Shown here piece after piece: positions 11,354 to 23,810 of a stretch of DNA of 64,000 nt; the first letter of the stretch is position 1; every line of letters begins with the position of its first letter. The DNA lies in assembly GCF_000372725.1 (NCBI RefSeq), contig NW_005201792.1, positions 313,440-377,439 on the forward strand. Direction: 5' to 3'. Under the pieces are notes generated by a model. The model saw only the letters and a list, made by a program, of their open reading frames with translations, was not told the DNA's origin and did not search any database. Source of the DNA: Emiliania huxleyi CCMP1516. Lineage: Eukaryota. The position numbers and the translations under genes were made by a program.

Positions 11354-14300
11354 TCAACGCCCCGCCCTCGCCTTCGAAACGCTGGCCCACGCGATGCAGC
11401 CCAGTGACCACGCCACACCCAGCGCAAGCAGCTGCCAGCTGCCCCCCGGCGCCACCTCGCCGCTGGCGACACCGCGCTCGCCTGCCGCCGGCGCACCGCG
11501 CCCTTCACCCCAGCGGCTGCCCTCCTTGCGTGGCTGCGTCTGCGCGCCGCCGCCCCCGCCGCCCCGCGTAAAGTTGCCATTCTCGTCCAGGTGGCCCCCA
11601 AACCACGAGGCGGACAGGTCCTCCTCCTCGAGCGCTGCCGCGGCGGCGGCCGCGGCGGCGCCGTCTCCGTCGCCCTCGCCGCCGCGCCCCTTTGCGCTGC
11701 CGCCGAGGCGTTGCCGCGACACGGCGAGCGCCGCCCGCCACAGGGCGCGCGCGTCGTACACTCCGGCGGGCTCGTGCGCCTTCCTCGCGGCCGCCTCCAT
11801 CTCGGCGAGCGCCCCCTCCGCCGGCGGCGGCATCGGGGGCGGCACGTGCGGCGGCCCGGCGGCGCGGCCGTACGCCTCGCGCCGCAGCCGCACCACGTCC
11901 TCGACGAGTGGCTCCGTCAGCGGGAGGATCGTCTTGAGCAGCGACTGGAAGAGGGCGGGGAAGAGCGCCTCCTGCGTGGCGAGGAGGCACTTGACGCGGT
12001 ACCGCTCCTTTGGCGCCTCGAAGCACGCGGGGCAGGTCTCCGACACGACGGGCAGGTGGTTGCTCTCGGCAAACGCCTCCGCCTCCGCCTCGCGCACGTA
12101 TGCGAGCGGCCGGATCACGCGCAGGTCGGCGGCGTCGATGAGGTAGTGCGTCTTCATCGAGCGGAGCGCGCCGTTGTGCAGCGCCGACATGAAGAAGGAC
12201 TCGGCGAGGTCGTCGAGGTGCTGCGCCATGGCGAGCACGTTGTAGCCCTCGCGCCGCGCGGTGGCGTAGAGCACGCCGCGCTTCATGCGCGAGCAGAAGG
12301 AGCAGATCGAGACGCGGTTCCCCTCCTTGGCCATGCACGGCTCGGCGAGCGCCATCAGGTTGTGCGCCTCGTAAAAGTACGGGATGCCGAGGCCCTCGAG
12401 GTAGGGCACGAGCGGCGAGGGGTCGAAGCCGTCCGCCTTGGGGTCGACCGTGCACGCGCCGAGGTCCCACTGGAAGGGCGTCCGCTTCTGCAGCGCGCGC
12501 AGCACGTGCAGCATGCAGAGCGAGTCCTTGCCGCCCGAGAGGCCGACCAGCACGCGGTCGCCCGGCCGCAGCATCCCGTGCTGCAGCACCGCGCGGAAGA
12601 CCTTGTTGCTCAGCTTCTTGTCGGGCTCGACCCACCCGTCGCCGCCGCCGCCGCCCCCCTTCCGCCCCTTCTTCTTCTTGCCGGCGTTGCCCCTCCCGCC
12701 GACCCTCTCCTTTGCCTCCCCCGCACCGGGCTGGCCGGCGGCGGCGGCCTCCCCGCCACCCGCCGCCGCCGCCACCGAATGCGGCGCGAGCGCGCGCGCG
12801 GCGTCGGCCTGCGCAAAGGCGGGCGGCGCAAACGGCGCGCGGGCGGCGGGAAGTCTGCCCTTGTGCATGGCGGCCGCCTCGGCCGGCAGCACGAACCAGC
12901 GGAGGTGCGCCGCCTCGGGAGGAAGCAGCTCGCCCAAGCTCTGCCCGGCGAGCGGCGCGCCGGTGTTGCGGCGCAGCTCCGACGAGGCGACCTTGGCGAC
13001 CGCGTGCGCCTCCGCGAGCGCGGACGCGTACCGCGCCTCCGCCGCCGCCTCGCCCCGCTCGTCGGCCCGCAGCTGCGCGGGAGCGCCCGCGGAGCCGCCC
13101 CACGCCATCCGGCCGCCGTCGTAGCTCACGCTGCCGAGCCACGCGCGCGCGGGCCGCTTCTGGTGGACGTGCCTACTCTCGGGCAGTCTCGGGTAAGCTC
13201 GGGCCACCTCGGCCCCTCCCGTCCGCCCTTCCTGGGCGGTGCTGGGGCGGGCGGTGCTGGGGCGGGCGGTGCTGGGGCGGGCGGTGCCTCCACTCGCCCG
13301 AGGCTGCGTCGCACGTGTACTGCGGGAGCAGCTTCCAGCCATGCTCTGCGACGAAGAGGAGCGCGTCGAGCACGTACCGGACGGTGGCGGCGTCGGCGAA
13401 GTAGGGGAGCGAGACGCGGGTGTAGCCGGGGCGGAGCACCTCGTTGTCCTCCTTCTTGACGAGCTGCGCTTGGAGGGCGGCCGACAGGGCAGAGTCGATC
13501 CCGAGCAGCGCCTGCGAGTACGGGCCGGCGCACATGCAGCCGCCGCGCGCCTGGATGCCGAAGAGGTCGTTGAGGAGCGCGACGACGAAGTTGTGGTGCA
13601 GCAGCAGCGGCCGCGTCGCTGCCTCGCCCTCCCCGCCTCCGCCGCCCGGGTCGAAAGCGCGGATGGCGATCGCAAAGATCGGCAGCCGGCGGGCCGTCGG
13701 GTGGCCGAGGATCGCTAGCCGTGGGTGGGCGCCCCACGCGGCGCGCGTCGCCGCGAGGAGCGCGGCGTCCGCCTCTGCGATCGCCGCCGCGCCGACGGCC
13801 TGCCGCGTGGGTTGGGGGGGGGGGGGGGGGAAGCGGCTTGGTCGCTGGGGAAGCGCGGCGCCGCCGCGGGCGGGGCGGGGCCTTTTGCAGCTGCAGCGCG
13901 AGGCCGGCGCGGATGGCGCCGACGATGGCGGGCGTGCCTCCCTCCTCGCGCTCCTCGTCGTTCTTGACGTAGACGTGCTCCTCGCGCGAGACGTAAAAGA
14001 CGGTCCCGCCGCCCGGCGCCTGCATATCCAGCCTCGGACCTCACCCGAGACGGGCCGAGAGTGCCCGAGACGAGTGCCCCGCCGGCCCCGCGCCGAGGAG
14101 ACGCCGCGCCGCGCGAGGCTCTTCTTGTAGACGAGGATACCCGACGCCTGCGGCCCGCCCGCGAGCTTGTGCGGCGAGAAGAAGAGCGCGTCCTTGGCGA
14201 GGAGCGCCGCCCGCGCCGCATCCTCATGCGGCGGGTTCATCGCCTGCGGGAAGCTTCCGGGAAGGTTCCAAGGAAGAGGCTCGCGCCGGTCCTCGCGTGC

Positions 14301-15181
14301 GGCGGGTGCATCGCCAGCTCGATCGCATACGGCGCCGCCGACGCGTAGTCCCACACGGCGAGCGCTCCTGCAGGGCACGTCGCGGACACGTCATCGGACA
14401 CGCCGCGGACGCGCGTCGGACTCGCCTCGACGGCGAGTGTGCGCCGTGCGTGTGCAGCAAGGCGGTGATGTCGTCGACGCGCGCGACGATGCCGGTGACG
14501 TTGGAGGCGGCCGAGAAGGCGCCGACGACCAGAGGCCGCCCGTCCGCCTTCGCCTCGAGCAGCGCCTCCTCGAGCGCACCCAGGTCGGCGCCGCCCTGCT
14601 CCGCATCCTCGGGAACCGCGACGACGTCGGCGCTGCTGTCGCGCCACGGGAGCAGGTTCGAGTGGTGCTCGTACGGCCCGACCAGCACGAGGGGCCGCTC
14701 GCTCACCGGGCGGGCCGCCGCAGCCTCGCGCGCCTCGGGCGTCGGCGCGACGAGGCCGAGGAGCGAGACGAGCCGGTTGGCGCCGGCCGTCGCGCCCGCG
14801 CCCGCGAAGAGGAGGCGATCCGCGTTCGTCTTGCCGCGATCGTTGCAGCGCAGGTACGTCTTGATCATAGCGCGCGCCTCCGCGACAAAGTCGGAGGTCT
14901 GCCGGCCCGTCTTGGTCGTCGCCGTGTGCGTATTGCCGTACGTCGGCAGGATCGCCTGGCGGTGGCGATTGAGGCGGATGTGGGCGGCGACGTGTGAGCC
15001 GGGCGGGTCGGCCAGGAGGCAGCAGCAGCACCTCGCGCACGAACTCCTCGATGAAGGAGAGCGCGCGGCCCGAGGCGGTGTAGTCGGCGTAGATGAGCGC
15101 TCGCGTGCCAAAGGGCGTCTGAGAGCAGAGGTTGGCGCCCAGCTCGCTGTCGCGGATGTACTCGAGGAGGTTGGCTGACAT
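11354..15181 (-). CDS. Class V aminotransferase (cysteine desulfurase-like) fused to TtcA-family tRNA 2-thiocytidine synthase, multi-exon
   Basis: Desulfurase motifs: YADYTASGR, YGNTHT, GPYEHHSN, SAASNVTG, FFSPHKLAGGP (PLP Lys), EEGGTP, GIQARGGCMCAGPY. TtcA motifs follow: GLSGGKDS (PP-loop), CSFCSRMKRG, QHLDD, IRPL, CPAC. Fusion depends on one inferred intron near 13170-13285. Confidence 0.85.
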
Positions 15182-15396
15182 GTCGCTCTGTGACGACAAG
15201 AACGAGCGGGGTGGGGCACGCTAGCCGCTCGGCTGGAGGCCCGCGTGGCGTCGCGGCGACGGATGGCGAAAAAAGAATTTGGGGTCCTCTCTCTAAGTAG
15301 ATACTGACGCCGGGTGAGCCAACGAATGAGGCTGGCTTTTGTGCGATGTCGACGGCGATCGCGAACGAATCAGGTAGGATTCCTGAGAGACCATCC

Positions 15397-15461
15397 GAGA
15401 GAGAGATTTTTAGCGATACCAAACAACTCTAACACTCACACGCCATTTGGGGCCTGGAACC
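15397..15461 (-). mobile_element. Solo 3' end of a non-LTR retrotransposon with (TC)n tail
   Basis: Nearly identical to 22933-22990 (gagatttttagc.ataccaaacaactctaacactcacacg.catttggggcctgga), the 3' end of the RLE fragment. Confidence 0.7.
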
Positions 15462-15667
15462 ATCCGAGCGAGCCGCAGCACAGCACATTGAGCCTACGAT
15501 TTTTTTAAGTTTATTGTCCGAAGCCTGTGTAGTAGGTATCGGAGAAAGGGGAGAGGGTGTGTGTGTGTGCGAGGGGACGTCCGAGTTCACCCACGATAAC
15601 TTCGGCGCAGCGTGATGGAGAGACGAGAGACTTTTAAGTCACAGCCTCAACAATTCATCCCCAATCC

Positions 15668-17275
15668 ATGACCGCGGCACGTCCGCTTCCTGGCTTCTGC
15701 AGCGTGACAAAGCTCATGCCGAGCCGTGACGAGGCGTCGTGGGGACAGCAGTGCCTGCATCAGGCAAAGGGGGCGTGGGTGGCGTCTGAGCAGGGTGTGG
15801 GGTGCCTCCGCGATTGCGCAGATCTCTGCCTGCGCTGCGCTCGTTGCAACTGGGTGTCCTACTCAGAGTCGCGGGACGAGTGCGGCTGGTTCGAGTCCTG
15901 CGATTCGAATGCGCTCGAGGTGCGGCACGGCGAGGATTTCTTCACCGCCGCCGTGCACCGCGAGGGATCCCGTGATGAGGCAATCCTCTCGCTGCCAACG
16001 CTCCACCACCTGTCCCTCGGGTGCTCGGTCACTCAGATTGCCACCGAGCCGAGTGCGGCCTGTGACGCGCCCGCCGCGCATCCGTGCTGGGTGCCAACAG
16101 ATGCCGCCTTTCGCCTGAGCGGCGAGGTCGACGCGGGGAGCTTTGCCCCCGACGTCCTTTGGCCGCTGCAGGGCGAGGCTTCTGCGACGGGCGAGCTCAG
16201 TGGCGGCGACTGCGCCTCGTGCAGCGTCCCTTATCGCGGACGCAGCTTTGTCTACATCGGGCTGTGCCGGCGCGCCACCATCCACGTCGACGGCGACAGC
16301 ATTCGCCGCGTCGCCTGCCATAAGACCTCCACCAGGCCGGGAAGCGATGAGGACATCAGCAGTGGGCCCTGGGTCCTCGCCGCCTTCGCTCCGGGCCCGT
16401 TTGTGAGCTGGCAGCACCAGCTGTTCCAGGCTCTGCCGGCGCTGGGTGCCCTGCTGCCGCTCCTGCACGCGCGTGTGGCTCGCAACGTCACTTTATTGCA
16501 CAACGGCCTGCTGGACGACGGCAATGCCATCGGCACGCAGATCAAGACACCGCCCTGCCTGTCTCCGAGGCAGGCGGCGTGGCGCACGCTGCGAGCGGGC
16601 AAGGCGGGCGGCGGCCGCAGGGAGTTGCTTCTCGAGAACTTTGCCGCGCCCATCGTACTCCCAGAGAGTGTGGGGCACGAGGATAGCTATCCGCGCTACG
16701 CATTTCGGTGGGCGGTGTCCGGCGGTGGCTCGCAGTCAAGCCATCCACGCTGGGAGTCAACGGTCGACGACGGCCACTTTGTGGCCTTTCTATCGCGGCC
16801 GGGCTCGCGTCGCTGGGCCGACGAGGAGGCGGTGCTGTCGACTCTGCGCGTCGCCCTCGAGCCGTCGCGCATCCCCCTCGTGGTGGCGGAGAACGAGCCG
16901 CTCTCCTTCTTCCGGCGGGCCATCGGGATCATTGGCGTCCATGGCGGCGCGCTGAGCAACATGGTGGCCATGCCGAGGGGTGGGCGTGTCATCGAGGTTG
17001 TGGGCAGAACGGGGCCACGCTGCTTTGCCAGCTCGGCGCTCGGCCTCGGCCACGGCTACCACGTCTACCACCCGACGGCGATGCCGCGGCCGATCTCGGA
17101 CACGAGAGCGAACGATGCTGCGTGGAGCAAGGCCACAACGGTGTACCGGGCGAATGGGAGGTGGGTCCGGCAGAACCTGTCATCGCGGGTCGTCGTCGAG
17201 CCGGACCATTTTGCGGCGTTTGTCGCCGAGGCGTGGCGGCTTCCGCGCCGCAGACGCGGGCGAGAAGGGCGGTAG
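15668..17275 (+). CDS. Glycosyltransferase family 61 (DUF563) with N-terminal Cys-rich PAN/apple-like domain
   Basis: FLSRPGSRRWADEEAV, IIGVHGGALSNMV, VIEV, F..SALGLGHGY. N-terminal CADLCLRCARCNWVSYS...CGWFESC. Confidence 0.85.
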   Translation: MTAARPLPGFCSVTKLMPSRDEASWGQQCLHQAKGAWVASEQGVGCLRDCADLCLRCARCNWVSYSESRDECGWFESCDSNALEVRHGEDFFTAAVHREGSRDEAILSLPTLHHLSLGCSVTQIATEPSAACDAPAAHPCWVPTDAAFRLSGEVDAGSFAPDVLWPLQGEASATGELSGGDCASCSVPYRGRSFVYIGLCRRATIHVDGDSIRRVACHKTSTRPGSDEDISSGPWVLAAFAPGPFVSWQHQLFQALPALGALLPLLHARVARNVTLLHNGLLDDGNAIGTQIKTPPCLSPRQAAWRTLRAGKAGGGRRELLLENFAAPIVLPESVGHEDSYPRYAFRWAVSGGGSQSSHPRWESTVDDGHFVAFLSRPGSRRWADEEAVLSTLRVALEPSRIPLVVAENEPLSFFRRAIGIIGVHGGALSNMVAMPRGGRVIEVVGRTGPRCFASSALGLGHGYHVYHPTAMPRPISDTRANDAAWSKATTVYRANGRWVRQNLSSRVVVEPDHFAAFVAEAWRLPRRRRGREGR

Positions 17276-17450
17276 GCTCGGTTGGGCTGCGGTGCAAGAG
17301 TCTGGTTTGCGTAAACGCGATGGCATGCACGGCATACCATTCCGATCTATAAGGGCAGCCACGCCGGCTCGCGCAAGAGACATGATGATTCAAACATGCA
17401 CTACTCCGCACGGTGTATGACTCTGGGGGGCAGGCGACAATCGACGCGAT

Positions 17451-17890
17451 CAGGCCGCAGCGATGGTCGAGTCGGCTGAGTATTCGTGCATCTCGCGCTC
17501 GCGTTCGCGATCTACATGCCAGAGCTTCCAGGTGTCTTCGACGCCCCTCGTCGAGCACAGCACCCACACGCCCCCTTCTGCCGTCGCCTACGAGCTGTGA
17601 ATCGGCAGGGTATTCGTAGAGGTCCCTCTCGGCGTGGTCGCTTGCGTGCCAGAGCCGCCAAACGCCCTCCACACCTGTCGTGGGGCAGAGCACCCACACC
17701 CCACCCCGGCCGTCTCCGACGAACTCGGACTGTGCGGGATACACGTACTTCTCGGTTTCCGTACCGCGCAGGTTCGCATGCCAGAGATTCCAGTCATCCT
17801 CGCCTTGGCCCTTGCATCGGGCAGAGCACCACACTCCACCCTGGCCATCCGCAACCATCTCCGAACGCGCCCGGTACTCATACAATCCCC
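17451..17890 (-). pseudogene. Frameshifted tandem-repeat (beta-propeller-like) protein fragment
   Basis: Three ~41-aa repeats, YEYPAxSxxVGDGxGGVWVLC....W.LWH. The third needs a frameshift near 17575. Confidence 0.6.
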
Positions 17891-18124
17891 CCCCCCCCAA
17901 AATCGGTCTGACACGAGCGCGCCGCACTTGGAGCACTTGGAGTGCAGTTATGAAACATCCAGAGGCTGAAGACTTCACGGCAATTCTTTTTTAATAGGCC
18001 GCCAAATAACGGCGGAGTGGGGCAGAACCGAGCTCATCGACACGCCGTGGGCAGTGCATCGCCGCTGGCAGAACACAGCTCATAGTGCATCGCCGCCGGC
18101 CAGAGCCCGCGCCGATCATCCTGG

Positions 18125-21049
18125 ATGATCGTCCTAGTCGTGTGTGCAGCCGCCGAGCTCCGGCGCGTGACCGTGCTCATGAGGCATGGCACAAAGGTGC
18201 CCGACGCGGGCATCGTCTCTCTCTGCCCGTCGTACGGCACGCTGCTCGACGCCTTCAGGTCGCTCTCCACCAAACCGGGCAGCCTCACGCCCAGCGGCGT
18301 GGCGCAGTGCCATGCGATGGGACAGTGGGCTCGAACCCGCTACGCCGGCCACTCTGGCCTGCTCCCAGAGGACTACGACCCTCAGAGCTTCGCCTTCATC
18401 TCGCAGAGATCCGGTCTCGCCGCCGCCGCGAGAGCGGGCGCGCCACACATCCGCCTGCACGCCGCCTCGGCTCCGCCCTACAGGCTTCTGCGTCGAGTCG
18501 ACCGCCGCCTTTGCCAGCGGCTATTTCGAGGGGCGCGCCGGCGGACGCTTCGCGAAAGCACAGGGCGCGCCGATCGACGTCCCCTTCCCCGAGCCGGGGA
18601 CCGACGTGCTCCTCAACTGCCGGGACGGCCCTTGCAAGAGCGCGTTTGACGGCAGCGCGAAGCAGGCGGCCACCTCCACCGCTCTCCCCACCCTTCGCGG
18701 GCTGCCATCCTCGCACCACCGCCCTCGCCGCCGGCTCTGTCGCCACCGCCTCCTCCCGCTGCCGCCGCCTCTATTCAGGCCGAGGAGGCACTCGCCGCGG
18801 AGTGGGACGAGAAGTTCGGGGGCAACCTCACCTCGCTGATGAGCGCGTGTGGCACCAGCAGCCGGCCAGGCATGGAGGCGGTCAAGGTGGAGATGGGCCG
18901 AGATGGGCCGAGATGGGCCGAGATGGGCCGAGATGGGCCGAGGTGGGCCGAGATGGGCCGAGGTGGGCCGAGATGGGCCGAGGTTGCGGATCGAGACTGC
19001 GGGCCAAGCCCACCTCGTCCGAGCAACTCCTCGAGCAGCAAGCGCGCCTGGCACCGCCCTCGACACGTCGCACGCTCCTCCCGCGCACCCGCGCCCAGCC
19101 GCACCGGCGGGACTGTCTCAAGGCGGTCTCCGACGGGCTGGTGTGGGCCCTCGAGGCGGGGCTGCTCGGCACAGCCGCCCTCGCCTCCTCGCCGCTCGCC
19201 TCTCCGGCGCTGCACCGCGCCGTCGACGAGATGGCGGTGCGGCTCACGAGACTATCTCTTGGTCCCGCTGTGAAGAGCGTCTCTTCACACGTCTGGCTGT
19301 GAACAGGTGTGGCTCACGAGGCGCATCTTCGTCGACCCCGTCCTCTCCATCGCCGCGTGCGGATGGCGCGCCCCGCCCACACTCACGCCCACGCCGTCGC
19401 GGGCGTGCGCCGTCCGCCTCCCGATCGCCCCACACGGCCCCCGCCGCAGGCCAGATCGCTTCTTCTCCTCCCTCGAGGGCGCCGCCGCCGCCACGGCCGA
19501 CCCCGCGCCGCCGCTGCTCGACTTTTACCTCAACCATCGCGAGGTTGCCCCGCCCCTCACCTCGCTGCTCCCTCCCCACTCGGGGACATCGAGATGCGGG
19601 GCGCCCGAGCCCACAGCCCCCAGGCAGAGGAGGAGCCCCTGCAGCCGGAGCCCTGCAGCCGCCCTCTCAAACTGCTGCACTCATCGCATCTCGGCGGTAT
19701 CTCGGCTACATCTCGGCTATCTCTCCCTCAGGTGCTGTACGGCACCTTCGACGCGCTCGGCGGGAACCAGCCTCTTCCCGCCGGCCGCACAGGGCCGCCT
19801 TCTCCGAGCCTCCCCCCGGCGCCCTTGGTAGGCCTGACCGACTTTGCCTTCCCCGACCGAGGCCGGCGAGGCAAGGCGAGGCGCGTGCCGACCGGCAGCG
19901 CAGCCCTCCTCCTGCACCCGTGCGGCGGGAGCAGCGCCTCTTCACGCGTCCAGCCGTGGACAGGGACCGCCGTCTTCTTTGAGCTGCACGTCGGCCAGGA
20001 TGGCGCCGCCGGAGTCGTCGTTCGGGCCGCCCCACCCCTCTAGATGCCCCACCCCTCTAGATGCCCCACCCTCTAGATGCCCCACCCCTCTAGATGCCCC
20101 ACCCCTCTAGATGCCCCACCCTCTAGATGCCCCACCCCTCTAGATGCCCCACCCTCTAGATGCCCCACCCTCTAGATGCCCCACCCTCTAGATGCCCTAG
20201 ATGCGGACCACACGTCCCGGTCTTCCCGCCCCTCGGGGAAGACGCGGCCCCTGTGGGCGTTTCGTGCTCGTCTTCACGCGAGGACACGAGTGCACGGCCC
20301 CTGTGTCCACACCCTGAACCTCGCGTGCATGCCCGCTGCAGGCTGCCAGCCCGCCGCACGAGCCGCCGACGAGCGCGGCCGTGCGGGCGACTGCGGAGGT
20401 GGGCGAGGTGAGCAGCCGCGAGCTGACGCCGCGCGGCTGCGAGGAGGGGGCGGTGTGCCCGCTGCAGACGCTGCGCGACAACTACGACCGCTTCCTCGCA
20501 AAGTACGGCTCGCTCGCCTCGAGGTGCCACCTCGACGCCCCGGCCGTGGCAGCAGGCGCCACTGCCGAGAAGCTCCCACACTTCCACAATGCCGTCGCCG
20601 CACGGGCGGCCGCGCGCCAGACGGCCGCCCGAGTCTTGCGAGCCACGTCCCGCGCCCTCCTGTCGCCTCTGCTGCCACCGGCGCCCTCTGCCCTCCTCGA
20701 CCTGTCTTGCCCGCCTCACCATCCGCCCCACCCTTTCCAGCAGCGAAGGACGAGCCCGCCGACGCCGCCGCCGCGGAGCCGCCCTCCGCGTTCGGGCGGC
20801 CACAGATGTGTGTGTGCGTGCCCCACCCCGCGCCGCGCCGCTGCACCACCCCGCGCCGCGCCGCTGCAAAGCTATGCGGAACCTCGCGCTCCGCTGACGC
20901 GTCCCGCCTCTCACTTGCGCGCTCTCAGATGGGTACTCGCCGCCGCCTCCGCCGGGATGCTCGCTTCGGTGGCAGGCTCGCGCACCCTCTCTTGCCGGCG
21001 CAGTGGGCGGCGTGCGTTGCGCGAGGGCTTGCTCAACGTCAAGTGTTAG
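18125..21049 (+). CDS. Histidine acid phosphatase (branch 2), multi-exon, secreted or membrane-anchored
   Basis: Hydrophobic N-terminus, LRRVTVLMRHG, GSLTPSG...MGQWARTRY, FYLNHRE, FELHV, CEEGAVCPL and a hydrophobic C-terminal segment. Confidence 0.75.
18890..18983. repeat. Intronic 10-bp tandem repeat (GAGATGGGCC)n
   Basis: About 9 copies inside the phosphatase gene. Confidence 0.95.
20030..20203. repeat. Intronic 16/17-bp tandem repeat CCCCACCC(C)TCTAGATG
   Basis: About 10 copies. Confidence 0.95.
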
Positions 21050-22932
21050 CACACCCCGACCGACATCGACGGGGACAACGGTCAACGCACGCGACTCAAT
21101 TTTTGTTTCTTTGGCATCAGCGATCTCAGGCTGACAGGCAGCCATGCAGGTAGCTCTCCGCGTCGTCGGGTACGGGGGTAGAGACGCCGCGCGGCGCAAA
21201 AGGTTGTAGCATATAGGCTCTACTGAGACTCTAGGTACCACCACTTGTTGAGGCAAACTGGGTAAATAAATATTTTTGAACGGATGAACGGCGAGGCTCG
21301 TGGTTTTTTTGAACGGTAACAAAGACCTGTTGCACGCAAACCCCGTGTCCGTGAACCACCGTCTAGCCAGTCCGGACAAGGCGCAAAAACAGGCATTAGC
21401 GCCTCTCGCGTGGGCACTGACGGTACTGGCGCCGGTGTACAGACTGTATAGACTACACACACGAGCTCACACGTCAAAAATATGAGCAGCAGGAGCCAGT
21501 TTGGCTCTGGGGGGTGGGTGGAGGCGAGGGCCCTAGGGGGTACCCATGCGGGGGGGAGATGGGGTCCCCCAGCCCGCCGCAGGCGCCGATCTCGCATTTT
21601 TTCTTTTCCGCGCATTCTTTTACTTGTTTTCATGGGAATTCGGCGTACTTCCGCGGCCATGCTATCACGCCTTGCGACATCCTTTCGGCGCTGCTGACCG
21701 TGCCATGCTGCTCAACTGACCGCCTGCATAGCTCGCGGCCTTAGTCTTCGGCATTCAGTGACGACCTGATCGTACGGCCAGTAGGAAGGTGTCCTTCCAG
21801 CTGCGTGCACGCTTCTGACGCAATGCGCGTCACAAACTGCCTCGGATTGGCTGCTGGCACTCTCGAGGCTATGCCTACACAGCCTCGCGCGCATGGGCAG
21901 TCAAGAGGGACCATGCACCTTCTCAGGACAGCGCCGGTGCCTCTCTCTTGGACCGGCAAACGTGGTGGTCTCGTGTCACCGATGTGGGACCAGTGCGGCA
22001 TCGCGCCATCGACAGCTCTGAACTGCGCCTCACCACTGACCGGGAAGGCCGCCAAGTGGGTCAGCACCGGTCGCACATTGTGGCAGCAGTCAGCAGCGCA
22101 TGTCTGATAGCTAGAGCAGCAGCGTCAGGGTCGCAGGGTCGGATCGTGTCAAGCCTCTCGCCCGGCCGGCCGCGTGCAGACGTCGGCCTGTCTGCTGTCT
22201 GGAGTGATCTGTCGGCGGTCAGTACGACCGATCAGGTCGGAGTTTTCTGATGGTTGGAGGGTCTATCTGTATGTACTCCTCGAGATCTCTCCAAATCTGC
22301 CCTCTACTTAACCGTACTTAATCGGGAAGTCGGTGCTAGTCGAGACTAGTAGAGCCGGAGCCCCGTTTCCGCACACTGCTGCGCGGCGCACGGTGCCTCC
22401 GGGGGCCCCCGCCTCCCCCCAGAGCAGTTTGGCCCCCCATGGCCCTCTGCACCGCGCCTGGCGCCCAGCCGCTGCACGCACTGCGAAGGGCCGAAGGCGC
22501 GGAGGTCGACTATCGCCTCTCGGAGAGGCGAGCAGCGCGGCGCGAGCCGGCAAAGCGGCGTGGATCCGTCCTCGTCCCCCACGAGGACTTGCCTCAGCCG
22601 CTCAGAAGTGGCCTGCAAGCGTGCGGCCGGCGCCAGCCCTCTCAGTTCACGAGGTGAACCGTGAACCCGGTTCATGAACCAGTTCGCGGTTCACGGTTAG
22701 TTCACGGTTCGCGGTTCACGGACTCGGGGCGGGGGCTAGTCGGTTCACGGTTCACGGTTCGGCCCGACGCTGCCCCGCCTGGTTCGTTCACGGTTCGCGG
22801 TTCGCCCTTTTGTCCTGCCTCGGTTCGGGTTCACGGTTCAGAGTTCACGGTCGGTTCGAGGGTGAACCACTGAACTAGTTCGTGAACCAAGCTTATTTTC
22901 ACACCTCTTACACACCGACACAGTTCGAGTCA

Positions 22933-23810
22933 GAGATTTTTAGCAATACCAAACAACTCTAACACTCACACGTCATTTGGGGCCTGGAGCCCTGTTCACG
23001 CGCGCGCGAGACGTGCAGACAGGGTTGCCAGGTGAGAGCGAATGGCGCGGTTCACGCCTCGCACAACAGAGAGAGAGATGCGCTCTGCATGGTGGGACAT
23101 AAAAGAGAGCGAGTACTTGGGCGAGTAGGCCGTGCGGTCGACGCTGCCGCGCGCGACTTTGCGCGCGAGGCGGCGCAGCTTGAGAACGGCGGTGGGCGAG
23201 AAGCCGCCGCCGAACGTCTCCGTAGAGCAGCAGGTTGAAGTTGTTGCGCATGACAAAGATCGCGTCGTGGTAGAAACCGCGATGCGCCTTCACGTAGCCG
23301 TGGCCGTTCTTGTGGTCGAAGGGTTGGCCGGGCTGCCCGCGCGCCTTGCAGCCCATGTTTAGGCGGCGGGCCTTCTCTTCGGTGTTGCCGAAGGCGTAGG
23401 AGTGGCCGACGGAGGCGGGCGTGCCGCCAGGCCACTCGAGGCGTTGCCAACGCCCGCCGAGGCGGCGGGCCTTCTCTTCGGTGTTGCCGAAGGCGTAGGA
23501 GTGGCCAACGGAGGCGGGCGTGCCGCCAGGCCACTCGAGGCGTTGCCAACGCCCGCCGAGGAGGTCTTGAGGAGGGGCGTCCAGAGCTTGACTTCATTCA
23601 CCTCATCGCATCCTCCCGGGCCAGCGTGGGGTTCCGCGAGGTCGACCTTGTACCCCTCGTTGTACTGCCGGGTGGCGGGTGAGCTCTGGTTTCTCCTTGT
23701 CACCGTGCACGACCGGCGCGTTGGCCGGGGCGCGCATCGCGTCCGCCCAGGCGGCGAGGACGCCGTCATGGGGCCGCCGGTGGTTGTTTTGCACAGTTCG
23801 CGAACCACAG
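22933..23810 (-). mobile_element. 3' fragment of an RLE-type (CRE-like) non-LTR retrotransposon, degenerate
   Basis: Broken frames encode YKVDLAE...EVK (PD-(D/E)xK), AFGNTEEK, ETFGGG and ERISLSVVRG. A 99-bp tandem duplication lies at 23361-23560. Confidence 0.7.

Noticed and set aside
22645..22890. Telomeric repeat
   Set aside because: GGTTCAC units occur in both orientations inside a TIR/TSD-bounded element, so they are better explained as subterminal repeats.
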